Source: the human T2T-CHM13v2.0 reference genome, Homo sapiens. Taken from it: a stretch of 64,000 nucleotides of DNA. The DNA lies in the NCBI RefSeq assembly GCF_009914755.1, contig NC_060930.1. One strand, written 5' to 3'. A program made the translations under genes and the position numbers. Under the pieces are notes generated by a model. That model had not been told where the DNA came from. It ran no database searches and saw only the letters and a list, made by a program, of their open reading frames with translations. Shown piece after piece: positions 27,101 to 39,705 of the stretch; positions within the stretch are counted from its first letter, which is position 1, and the number at the start of each line of letters is the position of its first letter.

Positions 27101-27951
27101 AGATTCAGACTTTTCATTTTTTTCCCATTTACTGCATAGCATGTCTTAAATTATTTTATTTCTGTTTCTCTCTTTTCATTTCCTGCAGGCTGATCTTTGA
27201 TCTGTTTGAAGTTAGGAAGTGATAAAAGAAGAGAAGTGGTATTGGCTTTTGACCCACCCAAAAGCCAGAATGGGCACCTTACGTAGCTTACTTATATGAA
27301 TTGGGAAATTTTGCTGTCTTAACCATAGAAATTATCATTTTTCATATTTCTTATAAACGATTAAAAACAGCTTAAAATTTCTTGAGTACACAAAAGCATG
27401 AAACAAAATTATTTAGTTAAAATGTTTGTTTATTTGGGTAACTGTGGACCACACTGCTTATTCATACTTATTCACTACAAAGAAATATTATAAGTATTTG
27501 AATGCACAGTGAATGATCGTTGGAGTTGAAACTCATCAAATCACACTTTGGTTAGAAAATAAGATTTTACTAAAAATGAAGAATGAAAAAGGAGAAATGA
27601 GCTTAGAGAACAACACATAGAATACTGAATCTTTTCAGTGTCTGCAAAAGAAAATATTCTCACTGCAGTTGTGTATTCATTCCTCTCTCATATGGATGCT
27701 AAGCTTATTATGTTCTATTCTAATATCATCACAGTGGTGTATGGTTAAGGCTATATCTCCATATGCTGCTAATTATCACAGGAAGAGAATCTGTAAGACC
27801 AGAAAGCTTAGAAATCAGTGCTTAGATAACCAGGAGAGAGACTTCTAACTCTCTCCGGGCCCTGCTTTCTAGCCTAAGGATATAAACAATCTGAATGTGC
27901 TTAATGGAATTTCTGGTTATGGGAGAAAGATGACATTTGCTACATACATGT

Positions 27952-28065
27952 AGAGAGAGAGGGAGGGAGAGAGGAAGGAATAGATGAATAGACAGACAGA
28001 GACAGAGAGGAGGTATAGAGAGGGGACAGAAACAGAGAGAAAGATAGGGACAGATAGAGAGGAAG
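27952..28065 (+). repeat. GA-rich low-complexity tract
   Basis: Directly visible. Confidence 0.8.
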
Positions 28066-28074
28066 GTACTTTGA

Positions 28075-28228
28075 CCCTTGTACTCAGAAGTGTGGTTTAT
28101 GATGTAATAACGCCATTTGGGATCTTATAAATACAGAATCTTAGGCCCTAAGCCCTAATGATTGAGAATCCACAAATAACAAGACCCATAAGTGATTCAT
28201 ATATACATTAAAATTTGAGGATCATTGC
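28075..28228. mobile_element. MER5-family hAT relic
   Basis: aaatacagaatcttaggccc...aacaagaccc..agtgattcatatatacattaaaatttgaggatcattg. Confidence 0.65.
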
Positions 28229-29055
28229 AAGAGGAAGATGTGTCAATTGTATTATATTGTGAAATTATCTAGTTGTGTGTTACTCTACAGTTATTTCCTT
28301 TTTTAATTCTTGAGACTCTTAAATAACATGATTTATAATTTCTAGCATCTTCTAAAATCTTCTACAGATAATTAAAGAAAGCGTACTTATCCAGAAAAAG
28401 CAACTCCTTAAGGTCATGTTAATGAAGCTGTAGTGAATAACAAAGGCAGTTCAAGAGCCCAGTGGATCTCCAAGAATGTTCACATGGAAAGTCTGTTCAA
28501 TATTAAAGGAAAACATATTGAGTTTTGATTTTATTAAGGTACTTGGTAGGTGGTCTTCAGTGCCCTGGAGAGCTCAAGCACTGAGTAATCAAAACATATG
28601 TAAGATCAAGATAGATTCCAATGTACATCGTAAGAAATCCTAGAATACCAATGTATTTGCAATGAGAAATAATAGACATCATCTTCTCAAAAGCAAGCTA
28701 GTCCATTTAATATGAAGGCAATTTATAATAAAATGTGGTTTTGTAAGTAAAGGATCCCAGATAAAGAGATAGCAGGCAACATTACAATTAGGTGGTTTAA
28801 GAAATGTCCTTTCATGTGGAAAGGTTTTTAACAATGAAGCCAAAAACATTTAAGGCAGCTTTGGCCAACTCTTGTATCTCCCTTGGAAACTTCTATGGAC
28901 TCAGCAATTTTGCATCTTTTTTCCATTTACCAGGGGCCTGTGCTATTTTCTTGTGATGTCTTATTTTACTTCTGTAGATATGTTAATGTAATTTTTTAGG
29001 CCACAGTTTTATTATAAGTTTTTTTTCCCGTAAGTTATTGGAGTACAGGTGGTAT

Positions 29056-32000
29056 CTGTTTATCTTTGTTTTTATTACATTTGCTTTAAGGTTCTTGGTC
29101 ATGAAATCCTTGCCTAAGCCAATGTCTAGAAAGTTTTTTCCAATGTTATCTTCTAGAATTTTTATAGTTTCAAGCCTTAGGTTTAATTCTTTATTCCATC
29201 TTCAGGTGATTTTTGTATAAGGTGAGATGAGGATCCAGTTTCATTCTCCTACATGTGGCTAGCCAATTATCCCAGCACCATTTGTTGAAAAGGGTGTCCT
29301 CTCCCCACTTTATGTTTTTGTTTGCTATGTCAAAAATCAGTTGGCTGTAAGTATTTGGGTTTATTTCTGTTCCATTGGTCTATGTGCCTATTTAGGACAG
29401 TACCAGGCTGTTTTGGTGACTATAGCCTTATTGTATAGTTTGAAATCAGATAGTGTGATGCTTCCAGATTTGTTCTTTTTGCTTAGTCTTGCTTTGGCTA
29501 TGAGGGCTCTTTTTTGGTTCCATATGAGTTTTAGAAGTGTTTTTTCTAATTCTGTGAAGAATGATGATAGTATTTTGATGGGGATTTCATTGAATTTGTA
29601 AATTGCTTTTGGCAGTATGGTCATTTTCACAATATTGATTCTACCCATCCATGAATAAGGAATTTGTTACCATTTTTTTGTGTGTCATTTATGCTTTCTT
29701 TTAGTATTGTTTTGTAGTGTTCCTTGTAGAAGTCTTTTGACTTCTTAGGAATATGTATATTCCTAAGTATTTTTTTTGTGACTATTGTAAAAGGTGTTGA
29801 GTTCTTGATTTGACTCTTCTCCTGATTGCTGTTGGTGTATAGAAGAGCTACTGATTTGTGTAAATTAATCTTGTATCCAGAAACTTTGCTGAATTCTTTT
29901 ATCAGTTCTAGGAGCTTTCTGGAGGAGTCCTTAGGGTCTTCAAGGTAAACAATCATATCGTCAGTGAACAGTGACAGTTTGACATCATCTTTACCGATTT
30001 GGATGTCCTTTCTTTCTTTCTCTTGTGTGATTGCTCTGGCTAGGACTTTCCAGTACTATGTTGAAGAGGTGTGGTGAGAGTGGGCATCCTTGTCTTGTTC
30101 CAGTTCTCAGAGGTAATGCTTTCAACTTTTCCCCATTCAGTATTATGTTGGCTGTGGGTTTGTCACAGATGATTTTTATTACTTTAAGGTATGTCTCTTG
30201 TATGCCAATTTTGCTGAGAGTTTCAATAATAAAGGAATTCTGGATTTTGTTGAATGCTTTTACTGCATCTATTGAAATGATCATGTGATCTTTGTTTCTA
30301 ATTCTGTTCATGTGGTATATCACATTTACTGACTTGTATACGTTAAACCACCCCTGCATCCCTGGTATGAAACACACTTGATCATGGTAGATTATCTTTC
30401 GATATGTTGTTGGATTTGGTTAGCTAGTATTCTGTTAGGTATTTTGGCATCTATGTTCATCAAATATATTTATCTGTAGTTTTCTTTTTTGGTTATATCA
30501 TATCCTGGTTTTGATATTAGGGTGATGCTGGCTTCATAGAATGAAATAGAGAGGGTTCCTTCTTTCTCTATCCTATGGAATAGTGTCAGAAGGATTGGTA
30601 CCAATTCTTTGAATGTCTGGTAGAAATCTGATGTGAATCCATCTGGTCCTGGACATTTTCTTGTTGGCATTTTTAAAATTACCATTTCAATCTTGTTGCT
30701 TGCTATTGGTCTTTTCAGTGTATCTAATTCTTCCTGATTTAAGCTAAGAGGGTTGTATTTTTCCAGGAGTTTATCTGTCTCTAGGTTTTCTAGTTTATGT
30801 GCATAAAGGTGTTCCTAATAGCCTTGAATAATCTTTTGTATTTCAGTAGTGTCAGTTGTAATATCTCCCATTTCGTTTCTTAGTGACGTTATTTGGATTT
30901 TCTCTCTTCTTTTCTTGGCTACTCTTGCCAATGGTCTATCAATTTTATTTATCTTTTCAAAGAACCAGGTTTTTCTTTCATTTATCTTTTGTAATTTTTT
31001 TGTTTCAATTTCATTTATTTCTGCCCTGCTGTTAGTTATTTCCTGTCTTCTGCTGGGTTTGGGTTTTGTTTGTTCTTGTTTCTCTAGCTCCTTGAGGTGC
31101 GACCGTAGAGTGTCAATTTTTACTCTTTCAGTCATTTTGATGTAGGCGTTTAGGGCCATGAACTTTCCTCTTAGCACCACATTTGCTGTATCTCAAAGGT
31201 TTTGATAGGTTGTGTCATTATTGTTCATTTTGAAGAATTTTTAAATTTCCCTCTTGATTTTGTTTTTGACCCAATGCTCCTTCAAGAGCAGGTTTTTTAA
31301 TTTCCAAGTGTTTGCATGGTTTTGAAGGATCTTTTTGGAGCTGATTTTTGGAGTCAATTTCCAGTTTTTATCCCACTGTGGTCTGAGAGAGTGCTTGATA
31401 TAATTTTAATTTTCTTAAATTTATTGAGGCTCATTTTATGGACTATCACATGGTCTCTCTTGCAGAAAGTTCCATGCATTGTTGAATAGAATGTGTAGTC
31501 TGCAGTTGTTGCATGAAATATTCTGTACATATCTGTTAAGTCCATTTGTTCCAGGGTATAGTTTAAATCCATTGTTTCTTTGTTGACTTTCTGTCTTGAT
31601 GACCTGTCTAGTGCTGTCAGTGGAGTATTGAAGTCCCCCACTATTATTGTATTGCTGTCTGTTTCATTTCTTAGGTTTATTAATAATTGTTTTATGAATT
31701 TGGGACCTCCAGTGTTAGGGGCATACAGGTTTAGGATTGTGATATTTTTCTGTTAGACAAGACCTTTTACCATTATATAAGGTCCCTCTTTGTCTCTTTG
31801 AACTGCTGTTGTTTTGAAGTTTATTTTGTCTGATATAAACATAGCTATACCTGCTGGCTTTCAGTGTCCATTTGCATGAAATGCCTGTTTCCAACCCTTT
31901 TAGTTTATGTGAGTCCTTAAGTGTTAGGCAAGTCTCCTGAAGGCAGCAGATGGTTGGTTGGTGAGTTCTCATCCATTCTGCGGTTCTGTATCTTTTAATT

Positions 32001-32063
32001 GGAGCATTTAAGCCATTTACATTCAATGTTAAGCATTGGAATGTGAGGCACTATTGCATTCAT
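29056..32063 (-). pseudogene. Disrupted L1 ORF2p (APE endonuclease + reverse transcriptase), C-terminus deleted
   Basis: NVNGLN..CCLQET, GDFNTPL, SDH (endonuclease); [16 protein letters not shown], and [10 protein letters not shown] in place of FADD (RT); split over many frames. Confidence 0.93.
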
Positions 32064-32129
32064 CATGCTCTTTGTTGCCTGTGTACTTTGTTTTCTTTGT
32101 TTTTTGTTTTTGCTTTTTAATGTGTATTT

Positions 32130-33130
32130 TTGTTTTATAGGTCCTGTGTGATTTATGCTTTAAAGAGGTTCTGTTTTGATGTGTTTCCAGGATTTATTTC
32201 AAGATTTAGACCTCCTTTTAGCAGTTCTCGTAGTAGTGGCTTGGTAAAGGTGAATTCTCTCAGCACTTGTTTGTCTGAAAAAGATTGTATCTTTCCTTCA
32301 TATATGATGCTTAGTTTCACTGGATACAAAATTCTTGGTTAATAATTGTTTTGTTTAAGGAGGCTGAAGACAGGGCCCCAATCCTTTCTAGCTCATATTG
32401 TTTCTGCTGAGAAATCTGCGGATAGGTTTTCCTTTATAGGTTACCTGGTGCTTCTGTCTCACAGCTCTTAAGATTCTTTCCTTCATCCTAACTTTAGATA
32501 ACCTGATGATGATGTGCTTAGGTGGAGATCTGTTTGTGATGATTTTCCTAGGTGTTCTTTGTGCTTCTTGTATTTGGATGTTTAGGTCTCTAGAGAGGCT
32601 GGGGAAGTTTTCCTTGATTATTCCCCTAAATATGTTTTCCAAGCTTTTAGAATTCTCCTCTTCCTCAGGAACAGCAATTTTCTTAGCTTTGGTTGTTTAA
32701 CATAATCCCAGACTTCTTGGAGATCTTGTTTATATTTTCTTATTCTTTTTTCTTTGTCTTTGTTGGTTTGGGTTAATTTGAAGACCTTGTCTTTGAGCTC
32801 TGAATTTCTTTCTTCTACTTGTTCAATTCTGTTTGTGAGACTTTCCAGAGCATTTCGCATTTCTAAAAGTATTTCCAAAGTTTCCTGAAATTTTTATTGT
32901 TTTTTTTTTCTTTAAGCTATCTATTTCCTTGAATATTTCTCCCTTCACTTCTTGTATCATTTTTTGGATTTCCTTGCATTGGACTTTACCTTTCTCTGGT
33001 CCCTCCCTGAGCAGCTTAATAACTAACCTCCTGAATTCTTTTTCAGGTAAATCAGCAATTTCTTCTTGGTTTGGATTCATTGCTGGTGAACTAGTGTGAT
33101 TTTTTGGGAGTGTTGAAGAGCCTCATTTTG
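32130..33130 (-). pseudogene. Disrupted L1 ORF1p
   Basis: PEKEFRRLVIKLL, RIEQVEERNSEL, LQEVWDYVK, IIKENFPSLSRDLNIQIQEAQRTP, KERILRAVRQKHQVTYKGKPIR; frameshifted. Confidence 0.92.
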
Positions 33131-34614
33131 TAATATTACCAAGCTTGGTTTTCTGGTTCCTTCTCATTTGGGTAGCCTCTGTCACAGGGAAGGTCTAGGG
33201 CTGAAGGTTGTTGCTCAGAATCTTTGTCCCATGTGGTGTTCCCTTGATGTAACACTATCCCCCTTTTCCTATGGATGTAACGTCCTGTGAGCCAAACTGC
33301 AGTATTGTTGTCTCTCCTCTGGGTCTAGCCGCCCAGCGAATCTACCCAGTTCTGAGCTGGTACTGGGGGTTGTCTGCACAGAGTCCTGTGATGTGAACCG
33401 TCTTTGGGTCTCTCAGCTGTGGATACAAGTGCCTGTTCCAGTGGAGGTGGTGGGGGGTGATGCAATGGACTCCATGAGGATTTTTAGCTTTGGTGGTTTA
33501 ATGCTCTATTTTTGTGCTGGTTGACCTCCTGCCAGGAGGTGGTGCTTTCCACACAGCATCAGCTGTGGTAGTATGGGGAGGAACTGGTGGTGGGCAGGGC
33601 TCTAGAACTCCCAAGATTATATGTCCTTTGTCTTCGCTACCAGGGTGGATAGGGGAGGACCATCAGGTGGGGGTGGGGCTAGGCATGTCTGAGCTCAGAC
33701 TCTTCTTGGGCAGGTCTTGCTGGGGCTGCTGTGGGGTATGGGGGTGAGATTCCCAGGTCACTGGAGTTGTCTACCTAGGAGGATTATGGCTGCCTCTGCT
33801 GAGTCATGCAGGTTGTCAGGGAAGTGGGGGAGAGCCAGCAGTCACAGGCCTCACGCAACTCCCACACAAACCAAAGGGCCAGTCTCACTCACACTGTGGC
33901 ACCCCCCCAACATCCCCCAGTCCGTTTCCAGGCAGGGAGCATGAGTTTGAAAACCTGCCTAGGCTACCTGCCTCCCAGGTACAAAAGAAAAGGGCTTGGT
34001 TCTTCCCTAACCTGTGGAGTCTACACAGTGGATTTGCTCCCTCCCCCGAGTTCTGGCCAGGAGGCTTCTCATCCTGTTCAAATTGTTGCAAAGTTCAGCT
34101 AGAGATTTGCTTCTCCCTGTGTAGTTATTTCCCCCTGCCCCTCTCCAGTTGGATCCCTGTGGTGCCAGGCAGGAATGGCCTGCTAGAGGACTTAGCGAGC
34201 TATCAGGGGCTTTCTGCTGCTTCCTCTACTCCTGTATTTTGCTCAGGTCTCCAAATTGACTCAGCTCCAGGTAAAGTTGGAAACTTTTCTGGTAAATAGA
34301 CCTTCAGCTTCTCCAGTGGGAGTGTGTGTTTGGGAGAGGAGTGTCTCCCTTTCCCACTTCCACAGTTGGAGAACTCAGTTTTGTTTGGGGTCTCCCAGGT
34401 CCTGCAGGAGCAGTCTGCATCCTTTAGAGGGTCTGTGGGTCCTCTTGGGATTGCTGGTTTGTTCTTGCAGTCGATCTGAAGCTAAAATTCACAATGTGAG
34501 CCCCCACACACTGCTCTGTCCGAAGAGGCAATCTAGTCCTGCCTGCCTCCTGCCATGATGATCCCTACCCAAATTAACTTTCTATAACTTAAATATAACT
34601 TACATTAGCTTAGA

Positions 34615-34790
34615 TCAGGGTTTTTCAAAGTGAAGTTCTAGGTACTAGCATCCAAATTACCAAATATGTTAATAATTCAGCTTCCTGGCTTCATCCTGAC
34701 CCACTGAATCAGAACCAATTGGAAAGGAACCTGGGAATCTGCATTTTAAACTTCCCCATATCATGTTTCTGTTTTTTAAGTCATGTGTTG
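34615..34790. mobile_element. MER5-family hAT relic
   Basis: cagggtttttcaaagtg...gacccactgaatcagaa...cctgggaatctgcattttaaac. Confidence 0.65.
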
Positions 34791-36775
34791 GGGACTCTAT
34801 TCTGATTGCTTAATTAGAAACTCACAAACAACTGTATCTAACAGTTTAAAAGTACTGGTGCTTTTAGTATAGGCTAGCTTTTCCAATTACAATTGACAGT
34901 TTAATTCTTAGAAAACAAATTTATTTGAGATTCTTAGAGTATTCCTCGCCCAGAGGCCTTCAAGTGGTAGTAACAAATACATAATCATTTTATATGACCA
35001 TAAAATTCTAAATCTGAATCTACTTCTGCCTTTGTCATATATATATGTACATATTATATGTGAAGAAATTAATTCATCTATACATTATTTTGACAAATAT
35101 GTTAAATTCACTGATGACTAAAACAGGGTGCTGGCAATAAGAATAATTTGATGCATGGTCTAGTTGCTGTTTGTAGCATATGTGAATGGAAATAAATTTC
35201 TCCAAAATACAACTCTAAAAGACTTTTGGTTTTAGCTATTCTAGTCAGCAGAATCATGCAAATCATCATTCAGGTAAATTGTAGCTGATTTCAGTATCCA
35301 TATTTAACAATATCTGAAAGGGTATTTTTAAAATGTCTAGAAATGACTTAAAAAATTGTTAGAAATGACAGGCTAGCCACTTATGAAGAAAAGCAGATTT
35401 GGCTTAATGTGCACATTGTAAACAATAAATTACAAGTACATGGTTCTAACACCAATTAATGATGCTTTATCATTGAGAAACTAGTGATAACCCTTGAACA
35501 GTGTGATCACAACTAAGTTCTGCTGCAGTCTGGGTCCCTGTTTCTGTTTTCGCTTTTCCAACCTAAGAAATCCCTGTGGAGTTATTGCTTCCTGCAAGTG
35601 GGCAAGTTGAGGCGGGGAGGGGCTGTCACAACCCTGCTGTGGTGTGAAGAGATATATCCTGCTTGGAATCGTGGTTAAATAGATTTCTACTTTGAGAAGA
35701 ACTTGGAAGCTATGTATATCCTAAGCAATCTTAGCGACATGTTCTCTCCACTCTCTCTGCAGCTTCTCTCCGGAAGGCATTTAAGAGAAGCTCAGGTTAA
35801 TTACATCAGCTCTAATATTCCCAGAGCAACTCAATGTTATACAGAATACATATAATAGAAATCCAATTACAGTTTGGCATTCCATTTGATTTACTTATTT
35901 TTAAATTCTGGCAGAAGTTAAATAAGTTCAATAAACTCAATGATAATTTTAACACTCTATATTTAAAATAGTTCTGAGAAACTAAGTAAAATGTCAATTT
36001 CCCCACGATTTGTTACTACATTGCATATTGTTTTCTATGAGACTATTAATTTTTCTGCCTTACAGCTGCTGTCCTCATCAGTCCACATTTTTGTCCCCTA
36101 ATTCCTTCAGATGCAGCTCTGAATGGGCTTAAAGTTCCCTCTGACATGCCCAAAGGCATCAGAAGAGCCAGTTCCTGACAGGAAGCCAAGAAGATGGGCC
36201 AGCCATCCATTTGTTAATGTGTCACACTCGAATTACACATGGCTGGCTGCAAAATTAAATTGCTCTTTCAGGATATCAGTGGAGACATAGATACAGCATT
36301 ATATCTCTGTGTTCCTATTGTTTTCAGATCAGAAAATGCTTTACTTGTGTACCCTTGCTTAATTGTGTTCACTGAAAGTGCAGATTGAAAAGGGTATTGA
36401 TTGCAGCTTTCCCCAGGCCCATAGTGGTTCTGTGATTTCAGAATTGAACATTTAGAAGGAAAAAGTATGTGTTTCCAGCCTTGGCACCTGGAAAATTCTG
36501 GAAATCTTTAACAACAAGAACCAATAATGAGGTGATATTGTTAAATTTCCTAGTAGTGACCTGTGCAGCTGTGTCCATTTTCGCCTTCCTAATCTAAAGT
36601 GATATATTCAGGCTTAGTAATTCTTCCATATATAATACTCATGGCCCACAAATACAGTTGCATCCATAATAAGTTGCTCTACAAACAGTTCGATCAAAGG
36701 ATGAAAAGCATGGCCTAACACATATCATTGGCAATGGATGAACACTGATAACTTCAATGATTCAAAGTTTCTCTT

Positions 36776-37188
36776 TGTTATGGACTGAATGTTTGATTCC
36801 CTAAAAAAAAAAAAAAATCATATGTTGAATCCTAAACTTCAATATGTTATAACAGAAGGTATGGCCTTTGAGAGGTAATTAGGTCATGAGGGTTGGAACC
36901 TTTATGAATAGGAATAATGTCCTCATAAAAGAGGCCACAATTGCTATTCTGCCTTTTGGCTAAGATCATATGTGAAAGAGGCCCAAGTTGCTCTCTACAA
37001 AGGCCTCTCACAAGTGAGGATACAAGAACACGGCCATCTGCAAATCAGGAGGCAGGTTCTCACTGGACACCAGATCTGCTAGCACCTTGATATTGGGCTT
37101 CCCAGCCTCTGAAACTGTGAAAAATAAATGTTGTTTTAGCGATTCAGTCTATGGTAATTTGTTAGACCACCCTGAACCAACTATGACA
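36776..37188 (+). mobile_element. MaLR solo LTR, MLT1A-like, carrying a U2 fragment insertion
   Basis: tgttatggactgaatgttt...ggtaattaggtcatgaggg...cccagcctctgaaactgtgaaaaataaatg...ctatgaca; 5-bp TSD ctctt/ctctg. Confidence 0.88.
36940..36974 (+). pseudogene. 3'-truncated (tailless) U2 snRNA retropseudogene, nt 1-35
   Basis: attgctattctgccttttggctaagatcatatgtg vs U2 ATCGCTTCTCGGCCTTTTGGCTAAGATCAAGTGTA: 28/35 identical with an 18-nt perfect core; flanked by direct repeat aaagaggcc (36928-36936 / 36975-36983). Confidence 0.88.
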
Positions 37189-37279
37189 CTCTGGATGAGT
37201 AAACAAAGATAAAGTTGCCATCACTTGCAAAATATTTCAATTTTGATTGAATGAATGTCAAAAACAAATTATTTCAGAG

Positions 37280-37714
37280 TGTAGAAATAAAAATCAACCA
37301 AACGAGAACAAACAAAGGCTATTTATTCAGAGCTTGCTATAGCTAGGGAGTCAAACACCATGACTTGTATTTGGCAAAGATTCCAAGATAGGCAGGGAAA
37401 AGCTTTCGAGTGGAGAGAGAGAGAGAGAGAGAGAGAGAAAAGAGAGAGAAAAGATTTAAGTGTGCTCTGGTTGGAGAATACTGGGCATGGGAGCTGACTA
37501 GCTAACTAAAAGCAGGACATTCTATGTGATTGCCTAGGGCAGAATATTGGTTTTCTCTGGTTGGCCCTGAGTTAGAAGCAGGGTTAAAAATAAGGAAGTT
37601 GGCAGTCAATGATTAGGTCATGAGCTTTCTTTGATAGTTTCTACAGAGCTTATGGGTCAGAGTTCTATTGTCATATATGTCTGGTCATTGTCCATTTATA
37701 TATTCAGCCTCTCA
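37280..37714 (-). mobile_element. Solo LTR, probably ERV1 class (family not identified), with internal (GA)n
   Basis: TG...CA termini, perfect 4-bp TSD agag (37276-37279 / 37715-37718), antisense AATAAA at 37322-37327. Confidence 0.72.
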
Positions 37715-37906
37715 AGAGTGTCTATTGGTATGGTCATTCAGGAATTAAATTTAAGCAGGCTAGTTTCTTCAGTGATGCAGCATTAACTCCATTCATGGGA
37801 TGATGGTAGGTAAACATAACATCAAATATTTTTGGAGGGCAATTTTTCATGGATCACGTGCATGAGAGGCTAATGATATTAATATATTGAAGTAAAATTT
37901 GGTTTT

Positions 37907-38259
37907 CTTTTTTTTCTTTTCTTTTTTTTTTTTTGAAACAGAGTTTTGCTCTCGTTGCCCAGGTTGGAGTGCAATGGCATGATCTCAGCTCACCGCAACC
38001 TCCACCTCATGGTTTCAAGCAATTTTTCTGCCTCGCCTCCCAAGTAGCTGGGGTCACAGGCATGCACCACCATGCCTGGCTAAATATATATATATATATA
38101 TAGATAGATAGATAGATATAGATATATATATATTTTTTTAATAGAGATGGGGTTTCTCCATGTTGGTCAGGCTGGTCGTGAACCCCCGACCTCAGGGGAT
38201 CCACCTGCCTCAGCCTCCCAAAGTGCTGGGATTATAGGCATGAGCCACCACACCCGACT
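37907..38259 (-). mobile_element. AluSp-like SINE with expanded (TA)n/(GATA)n in the central linker
   Basis: gctctcgttgccc, gtgcaatggc, ctcaccgcaacc, gtttctccatgttggtcagg; TSD ggttttctttttt. Confidence 0.92.
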
Positions 38260-39217
38260 GGTTTTCTTTTTTAAACAAGATTTTCATGTAATATTGAGAG
38301 ATAATGAAAAATGTTGTTGCTTTTGAATAAACTGCAAGAAAAGGAAACAAAAAGGGAAGAGGGAGGAGAGACAGATTCGTTTTGCTTCATTCTGTCTTTA
38401 TTGGGTCTTGTTTGGAAAGCTGAGTCTCACCTCTATCAATGCATAAAGGTTTTTGCTTTTTGGAAATTTTCTGAATTATCACTTCGGCAAAATGAATGAC
38501 CTCTGGTCCTGTTTTGTTATATCAAGTGTTTTAAACCTTTAATATTTGATAAAACTTCCAACATCAAAATTTCAGCTTCTAAATTTAGCCCTTTTGAACT
38601 CATTAACCCTTTGAGATACTAGGTCTTCTAAAGTCCAAAAGAGACATTTGACTTATTTTGGTATGCTAGAATCATACAGGAAGTATTTTCAAGTGTGAAA
38701 TAGTATTTGGCTTTCTTTCAGTTGTATTTATATAAACGTGTTATTAGTATCTGTTCCAAAATTGTATGAAATTCCTGTAATTCTGATATGTCTCAGTGTA
38801 TGTTATTAGTGATACTTAAGATTGTTATGTTAAATTGTTCTATGCCATAAAAAAAAACAAATTTCCTTCTCAATTGTGTTATTAACCATGGCTGTTCTGA
38901 GACTTGTCCTCCACAATTATTTTACTTTGATCGTTTACAAAAAGCTATTTCATAATCAGCTGTGGGACCAAGACAGGTGCTCTTGAATGCAGGTTTCTAG
39001 TAATGTTGGAGATTGTGCCATTAGAATAAAGGGAAAAACTTTCACGGCTCACATAGAGCACTGATGTGTTCATGAATATCAAGCAGAATAGGAGTTACTC
39101 ACATGAACTGAACCAACAGAAGACCGAAATAATCGTTTCAAAACTTTTAGTTCAAAAAGTTGCCAATTGTTTTGCTTTTCAGAGTCAAGGAAACTTTTCT
39201 TTTGAGCTCTTAACAGC

Positions 39218-39518
39218 TTTTTTTTTTTTTAAACTTTGAGACAGAGCCTCATTCTGTCTTCCAGGCTGGAATGCAGTGGCAGAATGACTGCTCACTACAG
39301 CCTCAACCTCCTGGGTTCAAGCAATCCTCCCGCCCCAGCCTCCCAGGTAGCTGAAACTACAGGTGCACACCACCATGCCAGGCTAATTTTTGTAGTTTTT
39401 GAGAGGCAGGGTTTCACCATGTTGCTCAGCTGGTCTCAAACTCCTGGAGTCAAGCAACCCACCTATCTTGGCCTCCCAAAGTGCTAGGATTCCAGGTGTG
39501 AGCCACTGCACCAGGACT
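39218..39518 (-). mobile_element. AluJ-like SINE
   Basis: cagcctcaacctcctgggttcaagcaatcctcc; short TSD agcttttt. Confidence 0.88.
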
Positions 39519-39674
39519 AGCTTTTTAGCAATTTAGTAAAGTATTCTCCTACAAGCAAAACCTGGAGCATATTTCTTTCTCTCTACCTGATTTCTCCAGA
39601 ATTTGGAAACTATTTGTGACTATTCTTAACTTATGGCAATATCGTTATTTGCATAAGTTCCATAAGATACAGTT

Positions 39675-39705
39675 TTTGTTGTTGTTGTTGTTGTTGTTGT
39701 TTTTG
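39675..39705. repeat. (GTT)n microsatellite
   Basis: Directly visible. Confidence 0.9.

Larger units (their letters stand above)
29019..34566 (-). mobile_element. Near-full-length L1PB-type LINE-1 (5'UTR, ORF1, ORF2) with a large 3' internal deletion; inactive
   Basis: 5'UTR start gatcatcatggcaggaggcaggcaggactagattgc (L1PBa-like); ORF1 and ORF2 peptide fragments in the ORF track; L1PB1-like terminus ataccacctgtactccaataactta plus short A tail at 29019-29055. Confidence 0.93.

Noticed and set aside
29056-33130. Active L1 or domesticated reverse transcriptase
   Set aside because: Numerous frameshifts and stops, and the ORF2 C-terminus is deleted.
29000-34600. TSD for the L1PB (tataagtt vs tataactt)
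   Set aside because: Short AT-rich match not adjacent to the 5' end; not convincing.
36940-36974. Functional U2 snRNA gene
   Set aside because: Only the first 35 nt, mutated, with no Sm site or recognisable snRNA promoter context.
38302-38313. aatgaaaaatg as 5' TSD partner of aatgaaaatg after the LTR8 A-tail
   Set aside because: Low-complexity match needing an indel, and ERV-like sequence seems to continue upstream of it.
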